Part shown: one piece after another, positions 49,264 through 58,528 of the stretch
Numbering within the stretch: position 1 is the stretch's first letter
Layout: every line of letters begins with the position of its first letter
Notes under the pieces: model-generated
What the model saw: the letters and a program-made list of their open reading frames with translations, nothing else
What the model was told of the DNA's origin: nothing
The model's database searches: none
NCBI GenBank assembly: GCA_964577955.1
Contig: CAZOAZ010000013.1
Location: 48,284-112,283, forward strand
From: an uncultured Bifidobacterium sp.
Lineage (GTDB): Bacteria > Acidobacteriota > Vicinamibacteria > Vicinamibacterales > CAVVIG01
Reading direction: 5' to 3'
DNA length: 64,000 nucleotides
Translations under genes and position numbers: made by a program

Positions 49264-49317
49264 GCTTCGACTGTCGCCAATCCCCGCTGTTGTCCGACGC
49301 ATGCCACTCGCGGCTGC

Positions 49318-49348
49318 GGAATTGTTCCCGTCGACAGTGGAATCTTCC
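49318..49348. promoter_or_regulatory. Tandem putative enhancer (UAS) boxes
   Basis: GGAATTGTTCC (49318) and GGAATCTTCC (49339), between divergent sigma54 sites. Confidence 0.6.
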
Positions 49349-49405
49349 AGGGGGACAGTGACCGCACACCAGCTCAGATTCCCCGACCGGGGTGCGATGA
49401 CATTC

Positions 49406-49419
49406 GGCACAACCGTTGC
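49406..49419 (+). promoter_or_regulatory. sigma54 -24/-12 element
   Basis: cGGCAC-aaccg-TTGCc. Confidence 0.75.
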
Positions 49420-49474
49420 CTCATGGGCCACCAACGACTTCGTCATCAATCGCCACCATCTTCAGGAGGAACCA

Positions 49475-49768
49475 ATGACCGAGAAAGCCTGCAACTGGGA
49501 ATCGTTCAAGGCCGAGGGCGCCAGCATCATGGACAAGATCAAGGCGCTCGTCCGCGAAGGCAACGTTCGACGTGTCGTCATCGAGCATGACGGGCGGACG
49601 ATCGCCGAATTTCCGCTGACGGTGGGCGTCGTCGGTGCGGTGCTCGCACCGCCGGTCGCGGCCATCGCCGCCGTCGTCGCGCTGTACAAGGAATGCACGA
49701 TCCACGTCGAGCGCACCGAGCCGGCCGCGGCCGATCCGGCGGCTCCGAAGGCCTCCGCGGCGCGCTAG
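49475..49768 (+). CDS. DUF4342 domain protein
   Basis: RBS AGGAGG; KIKALVREGNVRRVVI...EFPLTVGV. Confidence 0.85.
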   Translation: MTEKACNWESFKAEGASIMDKIKALVREGNVRRVVIEHDGRTIAEFPLTVGVVGAVLAPPVAAIAAVVALYKECTIHVERTEPAAADPAAPKASAAR

Positions 49769-49781
49769 GAGGCGTGGCCCT

Positions 49782-50459
49782 GTGCGGAGGACGCTACTCG
49801 TCTGCGGCCTTCTCTCGTCGCTGCTCTACGCCGCGATGTGCGTGTTCGTCGCGAGGCAGTGGGAGGACTACAGCTCAATCTCGCAGACCGTGAGCGAACT
49901 CTCGGCCATCGACGCGCCGACACGTGGCATTTGGGTGCCGCTTGGCTGCGTCTACGCCCTTCTGACCATCGCCTTCGGATGGGGCGTGTTCCGGTCGGCG
50001 GGGCAAAGCCGTGCGCTGCGCGTCGCCGGCGGTCTGCTCGTCGCCTACGGCGTCGTCTGCGCGACATGGCCGCCGATGCATTTGCGCGAGGTGCTGGCAG
50101 CCGGCGGCGCGACGCTGACCGACACAATGCACCTCGTCTACGCCGCCGCGGCGGTGTTGCTGATGCTGCTCGCCATGGGATTCGGCGCCGCCGGGCTCGG
50201 CCGGCGCTTCGGCCTCTACTCCATCGCCACCATGGTGCTGCTCGCCTTGTTCGGCGGCTTGACCAGCCTGGAGGCTCCGGGCGTCGACGCGGGTCTACCC
50301 ACGCCGTGGATCGGGCTCTGGGAACGGATCAACATCGGCGTGTTCTTGCTGTGGGTGGTGGTGCTGGCCACGACGCTCCTGCGTACGCCGACATCTTTAG
50401 ACTCCCGCGCCTCGGCGCGCCGCTCATGGGCACTGTTGTCGCCGCTGAACCAGAAGTGA
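49782..50459 (+). CDS. DUF998 domain membrane protein
   Basis: YSSISQTVSELSA, TDTMHL and GLWERINIG. Confidence 0.8.
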   Translation: MRRTLLVCGLLSSLLYAAMCVFVARQWEDYSSISQTVSELSAIDAPTRGIWVPLGCVYALLTIAFGWGVFRSAGQSRALRVAGGLLVAYGVVCATWPPMHLREVLAAGGATLTDTMHLVYAAAAVLLMLLAMGFGAAGLGRRFGLYSIATMVLLALFGGLTSLEAPGVDAGLPTPWIGLWERINIGVFLLWVVVLATTLLRTPTSLDSRASARRSWALLSPLNQK

Positions 50460-50650
50460 GCCCATTGCGGGCGGGACCTTCGTTGGCGCGTCGGCGACCG
50501 CGGCGTCTCCTCATCGCGGCGCCGCCAGTCTTGCTGACAAGCATGTACGCCGCGTTTCACGTCCTCGTATGGCCGTTCGGCCTGCGTCTCGGCTACTTCA
50601 CCGGCACGTTTTTCCCGATTCTTCGCGGGCCCTCGCAGATAGCGGAATAA
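50456..50650 (+). pseudogene. Short hydrophobic ORF, possibly the 5' remnant of a membrane protein gene
   Basis: GTG overlaps the DUF998 stop (GTGA); 64 aa with hydrophobic LLTSMYAAFHVLVWPFGLRLGYF, ending at the next enhancer boxes. Confidence 0.3.
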
Positions 50651-50676
50651 CTCCCACCCGCACGAAAACTTTCGCA
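50644..50676. promoter_or_regulatory. Tandem putative enhancer boxes (degenerate)
   Basis: GGAATAACTCC (50644) and GAAAACTTTCGCA (50664). Confidence 0.4.
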
Positions 50677-50729
50677 CCTCCATCGATGCCGAACGCCGCG
50701 ATCGCCCAACAGGCGGCCGGCGCTGCGAC

Positions 50730-50743
50730 GGCACGACGTCTGC
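50730..50743 (+). promoter_or_regulatory. sigma54 -24/-12 element
   Basis: cGGCACG-acgt-CTGCt. Confidence 0.6.
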
Positions 50744-50790
50744 TGTGCACCCTCACGCAGTTTTTATCCATCGACCAGGAGGAACCGACC

Positions 50791-52173
50791 ATGTCAGGAA
50801 CTCAGCGCTGGAGCGCCCACTCCTTCCTCGCCGTCGCCGCACTGCTCGCTCTCCCCATTGCCGCGGGCGCGGCTGAACCGGCCAAGCGGGTGACGTTCTC
50901 GAAGGACGTGGCGCCGATCTTTCAAGCCAAGTGTCAGTCGTGTCACGAGCCGGGATCGATTGCGCCGATGTCGCTGGTCACCTTCGAGGAGGCGCGCCCC
51001 TGGGCCAAGTCGATCCGCAATCGCGTCGCGACCCGCCAGATGCCGCCGTGGCACATCGACCGCAGCGTCGGCGTGCAGAAGTTCAAGAACGACATGTCGC
51101 TGACCGACGAGCAGCTGGACACCGTCGTGGCCTGGGTCGATCAGGGCGCGCCGCAGGGCGATCCCGCCGATCTGCCGCCCGTCCGCCCGATTTCCACGTC
51201 GCTGTACTGGCAGGCCGAACGCGACGGCTATGGTCCACCCGACATCGTCGTCAAGTCGGGCGAACAGACGATGCCGGCGCTCCATCAGGATGAATGGTGG
51301 CGGCCGCTCGTGGACATTCCGATCACCGAACCGCGCTGGGTGCGCATGGTCGAAATCCGCCCCTCCAATCTGCAGGGACGCAAAATCCTTCACCACTCGA
51401 TCGCCTATCAGGTGCTGGTCCCGGAGAACGTGGACGCCGTCAACACCGGCGTCGGACGTGGCTTCCCCGCCGGCGGCAGCGCCGACGACCGCGTCAATCG
51501 CCGGCCGCAGCTGATGGAATGGGCGATCGGCAAGGGCTACGACCGCTACATGGACGGCACCGGCAAGCTGATCATGCCGGGCGAAAAGATTTCGTGGGAC
51601 GAGCACATTCACGCGGCCGGCGAGGACATCACGGCCGGATCGGAGCTCGGGCTCTGGCTGTACCCGAAGGGCGAAGAGCCGAAGAAGCGGACGTACTTGA
51701 TCGCCTTCAGCGGGCTCAAGGACGGACCCGGACGGCTCGACATCCCGCCGAACTCGATCGCCCACACCGAAGGATTCACGGTGCTGCGTGAGAACACGAT
51801 CATCACCAACTTCCAGCCGCACTTCCATCTGCGCGGCAAGGCGATGCAGGTCGAAGCGATCCTGCCTGACGGGCGGACGCAGGTGATCAGCTACGTGGAC
51901 AACTTCAACTTCAACTGGATGACGAACTACATCTACGCCGAAGAGGCGTCGCCGGCGTTCCCGAAGGGCACGATCATCCACGTCACCGCCTTCTACGACA
52001 ACACCAAGGCCAACAAGAACAATCCCGATCCGGATCAGTGGGTCGGCTACGGCGATCGCACGGTCGACGAGATGGCGCACGCCTGGATGAACGTGGTCTA
52101 TCTGACCGACGCCGAGTACCAGACCTGGCTGGCCACACACAAGCCGGCCGGCGCGGGCACACAGAACCAGTAG
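50791..52173 (+). CDS. Exported monoheme cytochrome c fused to a copper type II (PHM/DBH-like) monooxygenase-like domain
   Basis: Signal peptide; CQSCH...MPPW; ILHHS, EHIH, PHFHLRG and DEM; RBS AGGAGG. Confidence 0.7.
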   Translation: MSGTQRWSAHSFLAVAALLALPIAAGAAEPAKRVTFSKDVAPIFQAKCQSCHEPGSIAPMSLVTFEEARPWAKSIRNRVATRQMPPWHIDRSVGVQKFKNDMSLTDEQLDTVVAWVDQGAPQGDPADLPPVRPISTSLYWQAERDGYGPPDIVVKSGEQTMPALHQDEWWRPLVDIPITEPRWVRMVEIRPSNLQGRKILHHSIAYQVLVPENVDAVNTGVGRGFPAGGSADDRVNRRPQLMEWAIGKGYDRYMDGTGKLIMPGEKISWDEHIHAAGEDITAGSELGLWLYPKGEEPKKRTYLIAFSGLKDGPGRLDIPPNSIAHTEGFTVLRENTIITNFQPHFHLRGKAMQVEAILPDGRTQVISYVDNFNFNWMTNYIYAEEASPAFPKGTIIHVTAFYDNTKANKNNPDPDQWVGYGDRTVDEMAHAWMNVVYLTDAEYQTWLATHKPAGAGTQNQ

Positions 52174-52192
52174 CGCGCGAGGAGAGACTCAC

Positions 52193-53119
52193 ATGAGACG
52201 ACAGACCTTGCTTCAGTTCTGCGCGCCGCTCGCCCTGGTGGCGGGCGGCGCCATGCTCTCGGCGCAGACGCTCCTGCCCAGCACGCCGCCGAAGGGATTC
52301 GGCGCGAGCGTCACGCCGGCCTTCGAGGGCTGGTTCGACAATCCCGACGGCACGCACAGTTTTCTGATCGGCTACTACAATCGGAACACGAAGGCTGAAC
52401 CCGACGTACCGCTCGGCCCCGAGAATCACTTCGAGCCGGGCAGCGCCGACATGGGGCAGCCGACGCACTTCCTCACCGGCCGCCGCTACGGCATGTTCGT
52501 CTACAAGATGCCGAAGGAATTCGGGAAGAACCAGAAACTGACGTGGGTGCTCACCGTCAACGGCGTCACGAGCAAGGTGCCGTTCTACATGAGCTCCGAC
52601 TACAACATCACGCCGACCAAAGCGTCCGAGCAGGGACCGAATGGCGGATACAACCTGCCGCCCGTCCTCCGCTTCGCGGCCGCTGGTCCGGGTATCGCCG
52701 GTCCGATGGCCCACCCGGCGACCCCCGCGAAATCGATGAACGCGGTGGTCGGCGTACCGCTGCCGCTCAACTTCTGGGCGGACGACGATGCCCAGTACAC
52801 CAGCGGCGCGAACAGCGAGATGCGCAACGCGCCGCCACCGGTGGAGTTGACGCTCTCGAAGTACCGCGGCCCGGGGAACGTCACGTTCGCGAGCGCGCGG
52901 CCGAAGATGGAAGCCATCAAAGGCGGCAAGCCGGAGGAGCCCTACAGCGGTTCAGCGGCCACCACCGCCACGTTCGATCGCGCCGGCGACTATCAACTGC
53001 ATGTCACCGCCAACGACTACTCCGGCAACGGCGGAGGCGGTGCCGGATGCTGCTGGACGACTGCGATCGTGCAGGTGCACGTCAAGGGTGGTGCGCCGAC
53101 GCCGACCGGCCACAACTGA
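52193..53119 (+). CDS. Exported hypothetical protein, probable partner of the upstream gene
   Basis: Signal peptide; VTPAFEGWFDNPDG...GYYNRN; Ig-like C-terminal half; GCCW. Confidence 0.75.
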   Translation: MRRQTLLQFCAPLALVAGGAMLSAQTLLPSTPPKGFGASVTPAFEGWFDNPDGTHSFLIGYYNRNTKAEPDVPLGPENHFEPGSADMGQPTHFLTGRRYGMFVYKMPKEFGKNQKLTWVLTVNGVTSKVPFYMSSDYNITPTKASEQGPNGGYNLPPVLRFAAAGPGIAGPMAHPATPAKSMNAVVGVPLPLNFWADDDAQYTSGANSEMRNAPPPVELTLSKYRGPGNVTFASARPKMEAIKGGKPEEPYSGSAATTATFDRAGDYQLHVTANDYSGNGGGGAGCCWTTAIVQVHVKGGAPTPTGHN

Positions 53120-53154
53120 TGGCTCCGGCATCGACACCACAACAAGGAGTCTCT

Positions 53155-53667
53155 GTGCCGACGAATCAGATTCTGACCCTGCTCGCCGCCGCGGCGCTGA
53201 TGCTTTCAGGATGCGGCGGTGCCAATCAGACGCCGCCGGCGCAGGCGACGGCGGCGTCAGCGACGACTCCGACGATTCCGGTCAGCATCAATGCGGTGAT
53301 GGTGCGGGTCGTCGACCACGGCTCGCACCGTCTCTGGGACATCGAGAAACCGGAGATGATGCCGAAGAACGAGTCCGACTGGGAAACGCTCGAAGAGCAC
53401 GCCACACAGGTTGCCGCGGCCGGAGCCTTGATTCAGCTGGAAGGTACCGGAGTCAACGATCGCGATTGGGTGCAGCAGCCGGAGTGGCGGAAGTGGGCGC
53501 ATGAGGTCTCGAACGCCGGCCTGGCGGCTTTCAACGCCGCCCAGGCCCGGAACGTCCAGGGCGTGATCGAGGCCAACGGCCGCCTGGTCGACGCCTGCCT
53601 CGGCTGCCACGCCCGGTTCAAGCCAACGCTGCCCAGCGAGGGCATCGTCCATTCGCACGTCCACTAG
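53155..53667 (+). CDS. Cytochrome c'-like lipoprotein
   Basis: RBS AAGGAG; lipobox LSGC; C-terminal CLGCH. Confidence 0.75.
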   Translation: MPTNQILTLLAAAALMLSGCGGANQTPPAQATAASATTPTIPVSINAVMVRVVDHGSHRLWDIEKPEMMPKNESDWETLEEHATQVAAAGALIQLEGTGVNDRDWVQQPEWRKWAHEVSNAGLAAFNAAQARNVQGVIEANGRLVDACLGCHARFKPTLPSEGIVHSHVH

Positions 53668-53673
53668 TGGCCC

Positions 53674-54666
53674 TCACGGCGCCAGCGCCTCGGCCGCAAG
53701 GCGCTGCAGCGAATCGGGCTTGCCAAGCACCACCAGCTTGTCGCCGGGACGGATGGAGACGTCGGGTTCCGGGTTGAACTCCATCCTCCCGTCGGCACGC
53801 TGCACCCCGACGACGATCACACCGAACCGATGCCGGAGATTGGCGCTGACGAGCGACTGATTGGCAAAGGACGAGGCGGCGGCGACGGGCACTTCCTCGA
53901 TGACCAATTCGAGATTGTCGGCGTTGGTGGCCAGTTCGAAGAAGTCGACGACCGCCGGCCTGAGGGCGGTCTGCGCGATCTGGGTCGCGCCGATCTGGTA
54001 GGGAGAGACAACGCGGGCCGCACCCGCCCGCTTCAACTTGGCGATGGCGTCTTCGGATTCGGCGCGAGCGACCACCGGTAGGTCAGGGCGAAGCACGTGA
54101 GCACTGAGCACGGTGTAGACGTTCTCCGCGTCCGAGCCCACCGCGGCGATGAGTCCGCGCGCGCGCGCGATGCCGGCTCGTGTCAACGTCTCCTCCGCGC
54201 TCGCGTCCGCTTCGATGACCAGCCGCCCTTCCTCGATCGCCGCCTGCGCCCTCGCGGGATCGCGTTCCACGACGACGAACGGCACTTTCTCCCTGGAGAA
54301 TTGGCGTGCCACGGTCGTTCCGATGCGGCCGTAGCCGCAGATGATGAAGTGATTGGCGAGGCGTTCAAGCATGGCCGCCCGGCGTCGCCACTGAAAGCGC
54401 GCCGGCAGTCCCCTTTCAATGACGAGGGAAATGACGAGTGTGAAGGTGTAGAAGGCAGCGCCCACGCCGCCCAGGAGGAGCGCCACGGTGAAGACCTGCC
54501 CCGGCCGCGACAGCGGATAGACCTCGCGGTACCCAACCGTCGTCACCGTGATGATGGTCATGTAGAACGAATCCCAGACGCCCCACCCTTCGATCAGCGA
54601 GTAGCCGGCCGTGCCGGCCAGAACCACCAACGCGAGCACGAGCATCGCCAGACGCGGCGTCTTCAT
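53674..54666 (-). CDS. Two-TM potassium channel with TrkA-N/TrkA-C (RCK) domains
   Basis: DSFYMTIITVTTVGY pore helix; HFIICGYGRIG Rossmann motif. Confidence 0.88.
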   Translation of the reverse strand: MKTPRLAMLVLALVVLAGTAGYSLIEGWGVWDSFYMTIITVTTVGYREVYPLSRPGQVFTVALLLGGVGAAFYTFTLVISLVIERGLPARFQWRRRAAMLERLANHFIICGYGRIGTTVARQFSREKVPFVVVERDPARAQAAIEEGRLVIEADASAEETLTRAGIARARGLIAAVGSDAENVYTVLSAHVLRPDLPVVARAESEDAIAKLKRAGAARVVSPYQIGATQIAQTALRPAVVDFFELATNADNLELVIEEVPVAAASSFANQSLVSANLRHRFGVIVVGVQRADGRMEFNPEPDVSIRPGDKLVVLGKPDSLQRLAAEALAP

Positions 54667-54809
54667 CGGTATCCAAAGCCCATCGGCGCGCCGCCGATTA
54701 TCACCATCTCAGCTGAAGACCGCAAAGGCGGAGTCCGAGCGCGGCCATCCAGCATCGCTATTGCAGATGCTCGACGGTGACGTGGCAATGGCACTGATTG
54801 TGAGGGTTC

Positions 54810-55664
54810 ATGTCCAAAGCAATCATCGGATTGACGCTGGTCGTGCTCAGCACCATGGCCGTATCGACGGAATTGGCCGCCCAAACGCGAGACGATGAGC
54901 GTGCGATTCCTGCACAAACAGATGCGGTGGCGCCGCCGGCCGAGCCGCGGGAGAACGAGCTCATCCGGCTGCCAGCAGATCAACCGGGCCCGGAGCCGGT
55001 GGCCAGGACCGGATTTCACGCCTACTTCTACAGCGTGGCCCATGACTTCGGCGCGATGCCCACGATGAAAAGCACCTACGCGGTGCTCGGCGGCGTGGGA
55101 GGGCTGGCGCTGACCGTTCAGGGGCAGGATCCGACCATGAACGCTCACTTCCAAGGCAGCAATACCGGCTTCTTCGCCGCGGGGCAGCACATCGGCCAGT
55201 CCTACACCATCGCTGCCGCGGGATTCGCAACCTACGTCGCCGGCCGACTCACGAAGAACGAAAAGGCGACCCACATCGGCATCGACGAGTTGCGGGCGCT
55301 GCTCGAAACCGAGTTGATCGTGCAGGGCATGAAATACGCGATTCGTCGCGAACGCCCAGATGGGACCGGCTACTCGTTTCCGTCCGGCCACGCGGCGGAC
55401 TCGTTCGCGGCCGCAACCGTTCTGCAGCGACACTTCGGCGCCAAGGCGGCGATCCCGACCTACCTCCTCGCGTCATACATCGCCATGTCTCGCCTGCACG
55501 AGAATCGACACTATGTGAGCGACGTCATCTTCGGCGCCGGTGTCGGCTACATGGTCGGACACACCGTCACCCGCCACGGAAAAGGCAATTTCCTGGAGTT
55601 CGCCATGTATCCGATCGTGGTTCCAGGAGGGGGCGGCATCGCGTTCGTCCGGGTCGCACCGTAG
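54810..55664 (+). CDS. PAP2-family phosphatase
   Basis: K.AIRRERP, FPSGH and SRLHENRHY.SDV. Confidence 0.88.
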   Translation: MSKAIIGLTLVVLSTMAVSTELAAQTRDDERAIPAQTDAVAPPAEPRENELIRLPADQPGPEPVARTGFHAYFYSVAHDFGAMPTMKSTYAVLGGVGGLALTVQGQDPTMNAHFQGSNTGFFAAGQHIGQSYTIAAAGFATYVAGRLTKNEKATHIGIDELRALLETELIVQGMKYAIRRERPDGTGYSFPSGHAADSFAAATVLQRHFGAKAAIPTYLLASYIAMSRLHENRHYVSDVIFGAGVGYMVGHTVTRHGKGNFLEFAMYPIVVPGGGGIAFVRVAP

Positions 55665-55688
55665 CGGACGATCGGCCGGCCGCCGCGA

Positions 55689-55922
55689 CTACTTGCAACC
55701 ACACCCGCCGCTCTGCACGCCGAAGCCGCCGGCGGCGGCTTCGCGCGCTTCCTGCCAGTGGGCGGCGTATGCCGACGCCGACCTGTCGGCATCGAAGATC
55801 ATGCAGGGGTCGGCGAGACGACCGCGCTGCCAGGGTTGAACCGTCGCGCAGCCGCCGCTGGCCAGCGCGACCAACAGCGCGGCGAACGCTGCCGCCCGTG
55901 CGGCGCGTCGATCGGTCGTCAT
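55689..55922 (-). CDS. DUF4266 lipoprotein
   Basis: Lipobox GGC; VQPWQRGRLA...EAAAGG.G...GGCGCK. Confidence 0.9.
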   Translation of the reverse strand: MTTDRRAARAAAFAALLVALASGGCATVQPWQRGRLADPCMIFDADRSASAYAAHWQEAREAAAGGFGVQSGGCGCK

Positions 55923-56410
55923 GGTGCCTCCGCAAGAAGCTGACTGATTTCCGCCTGGTAGCGGTCGAGAATCTTGGTCGAGTAGCCGATGTGCGTGAAT
56001 CTGATCACGCCTTTGCGATCGACGACAAACGAACTCGGCATCCCCTTGACGTTGAAGGCGCGAGGAGCCTCGCCCTTCGGATCGAGCGCAACCGGCATCA
56101 CGTGCGGATGCTCCGCCAGGAACGCGTCTGCCTGCCGGCGGTCCTCGTCGACGTTGATCGCCAGCACCTCGAGCCCGCGCGCGCGTTCGGACTGATACAA
56201 CGCGTCAAGGGCGGGAAACGACGCGCGGCACGGAACGCACCAGCTTGCCCAGAAGTCGACGACCAGGACGCTCCCTTTGTAGTCAGTGGCACGCACCAGG
56301 GTGCCATCAATGAGACGCAACGGGGTGTTGGGGAGCGTCGCGGGTGCGACCGCTTCAGTCCCGGCGAACGTGCTGACGACAATCCCGACCACGAGCGCTG
56401 CGCGAATCAT
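55919..56410 (-). CDS. TlpA-family thiol:disulfide oxidoreductase
   Basis: VDFWASWCVPC and GMPSSFVVD. Confidence 0.9.
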   Translation of the reverse strand: MIRAALVVGIVVSTFAGTEAVAPATLPNTPLRLIDGTLVRATDYKGSVLVVDFWASWCVPCRASFPALDALYQSERARGLEVLAINVDEDRRQADAFLAEHPHVMPVALDPKGEAPRAFNVKGMPSSFVVDRKGVIRFTHIGYSTKILDRYQAEISQLLAEAP

Positions 56411-56443
56411 TCTCACAAAAGCTCCAGGCAATGAGGACCGCGA

Positions 56444-57514
56444 CTACCTCACGGGGACGCGAAGTCCGGCTGATGCAATCGCGGCTTCGAACCCGTTGTC
56501 GCTCCGATACCGATCATACTGAAAGGTCAGCGCCGTTCCCGGCGGCAACCCGAAGAGCCCGCGACGCGGCGAGAGCGCAATCTTCCCGGTATACAGATCC
56601 GACGCGAACGGCTCGAGACGAAAATCGGCGGTGAAGAACTGGGGCGTGCCGCTGTACTCCGGTTCGTAGAAATACGCGCCGGTTTGCGCCGACCGACGAT
56701 AAACGGCGCCAGCGAGCAGCGCCGGCGAGAAATGGTGCGACAGCCCCACCGACCACGCGTTGGCGTGAATCTGCCAGTCGTCCGCGTAGCGCCGATAATC
56801 GGCCTCCAGATAGGTTTCAGCCGGAAGCGCCTGGCGCAGGCGGGCGGTCACGGTCTGTCGGGTTCGCACATCCGGCACATGGCCGAGCATGAGCGTGCCG
56901 CCGACATCGGCACGAAGAAACGGATTGTCCTGATAGCCAAGCAGGCGCGCGAATTCATAGCCAGCCTGGACGATCGTCAGCTTCGAAAGGACCTGGGTGA
57001 GCGACACATAGGCGTTATGGCTGAACTGATTCTCCCGCTGGACGGTGGGATGCAGCTTTGGTTGATTCAGCGACACGGTGTAGCCGCCCGCCAGCGTGGT
57101 GTTGTCGGCTCGAAAGTTGCGGGCGAGTGACGTCAAGAGCGTGGTCGAGCGGTAGAAGTTCTCCTGGCTGTAGGAGCCGCCAACCGTGAATTTGACGGCG
57201 TCGAACTTGCGCGTCATCGACCCGCCGGCCTCCTGCCGGCGGCTGTCCGCGCCGTCATGGTGGCAGCGGGCGCACGAATTCGACGCCGCCGAGATCGCAT
57301 CGAGGCCGTAGCTGATCCGAAGGCTCGTCCGATCGGTGACATCTCTCGTGAAATCGACGGTCGGACTGAAGACCGAGACCGTACGCGAGTCCTGAAAGAC
57401 ATGCATCTGGACGTTGACCTCGTTGCCCTGCGCCCGTCCCAGGGTCACCGACGCAACCCACAGCGCGGACACGGCAGCGGCGGCGAGCACGGTGCGGCAG
57501 CGCATCATCGTCAT
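56444..57514 (-). CDS. DUF3570 outer-membrane beta-barrel-like protein
   Basis: Signal peptide; DAISAAS, YRRYADDWQIHA; alternating beta-strand pattern. Confidence 0.8.
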   Translation of the reverse strand: MTMMRCRTVLAAAAVSALWVASVTLGRAQGNEVNVQMHVFQDSRTVSVFSPTVDFTRDVTDRTSLRISYGLDAISAASNSCARCHHDGADSRRQEAGGSMTRKFDAVKFTVGGSYSQENFYRSTTLLTSLARNFRADNTTLAGGYTVSLNQPKLHPTVQRENQFSHNAYVSLTQVLSKLTIVQAGYEFARLLGYQDNPFLRADVGGTLMLGHVPDVRTRQTVTARLRQALPAETYLEADYRRYADDWQIHANAWSVGLSHHFSPALLAGAVYRRSAQTGAYFYEPEYSGTPQFFTADFRLEPFASDLYTGKIALSPRRGLFGLPPGTALTFQYDRYRSDNGFEAAIASAGLRVPVR

Positions 57515-57517
57515 TCT

Positions 57518-57937
57518 TCAGCGGCGCTCCGCTGCGTCGTAGACCACCATCCAGCGAAACACCAGCGCGGCACGGGCCGTGGCGTCGCCGCTGAAGTACC
57601 GATACATGCTGCCGCCAGGGGCGGACGTCACGACCAGCGGGCTTTGCGCGTCTCCGGGTCGCTGTCCGTCGAGCACGTCGGCGTACGACGCGACTGAATA
57701 CCCGCCTTCGCGCTCGCGCGCCCCATGACAGCTGGCGCAATCGGCATCGAGAATGGGTTTGATGTCCTGAACGTAGGCCAGCGGTCGGGGGGCGAGCGAC
57801 GAGGGGCCAAACGGAAAGCCCGGGTCGGACCGATCAGTCGCCCCTTGCTGCCGCACGCATGACGTGGTTGCCGCCAGCAGAACCACGACGCACGCGGCCG
57901 AAACGAACGGTCCGAGATGGTAGGTTGGCATTCGCAA
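57518..57937 (-). CDS. Small c-type cytochrome lipoprotein (planctomycete cytochrome c-like)
   Basis: TSC lipobox; YVQDIKPILDADCASCHG. Confidence 0.7.
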   Translation of the reverse strand: MRMPTYHLGPFVSAACVVVLLAATTSCVRQQGATDRSDPGFPFGPSSLAPRPLAYVQDIKPILDADCASCHGAREREGGYSVASYADVLDGQRPGDAQSPLVVTSAPGGSMYRYFSGDATARAALVFRWMVVYDAAERR

Positions 57938-57977
57938 AGACGCGGTTCGAATTCACACCCGCCTCCCCATCGACAAA

Positions 57978-57991
57978 GCAAACCTGATGCC
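57978..57991 (-). promoter_or_regulatory. sigma54 -24/-12 element for the cytochrome c-DUF3570 operon
   Basis: Minus strand cGGCAT-caggt-TTGCt. Confidence 0.7.
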
Positions 57992-58078
57992 GTCTTGTTG
58001 GCGTCACAGCGCGGAATTCCGGCGGACGCATACGATGAACTTATGCGTCGGCAATCCCGCTGACACTACAATCCCGCC

Positions 58079-58486
58079 ATGAGAACAGGTGTACTGCCTT
58101 TGCTGATGGCCGGACTGGCGGTGACGAGCGCCGTGGCGCAGGATGCGAAGATCGAACGCGGCAAGTACCTCGTCGAAGAAGTATCCCGCTGCCAGGAATG
58201 CCACACGCCGAAGACCGAGAGCGGCGAGTTCGTCAAAGAGCAATGGATGAAGGGCGCCACGCTCAACATCACACCGTCCGGCACGATCGCAGGATGGCAT
58301 CAGCGCTCGCCTGACATCACGTCGAGCAGCCCGTTGTGGCAGCGGTGGGGTCAGGACGGATTCGAGCGGTTCCTCCAGACCGCGAAGAACCCGCGCGGCG
58401 GCAAAGCCGGTCCGCCGATGCCCGCCTACACGATGAAAGCGGAAGACGCGGCCGCGATCGCCGCATATCTCAAGTCGCTGCCCTGA
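58079..58486 (+). CDS. Periplasmic class I monoheme cytochrome c
   Basis: Signal peptide; RGKYLV...CQECHTP; distal Met in PPMP. Confidence 0.88.
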   Translation: MRTGVLPLLMAGLAVTSAVAQDAKIERGKYLVEEVSRCQECHTPKTESGEFVKEQWMKGATLNITPSGTIAGWHQRSPDITSSSPLWQRWGQDGFERFLQTAKNPRGGKAGPPMPAYTMKAEDAAAIAAYLKSLP

Positions 58487-58528
58487 GGCGTCCCCGAGCG
58501 GCGCTGCGGATTGACCGACGCCGATCGA

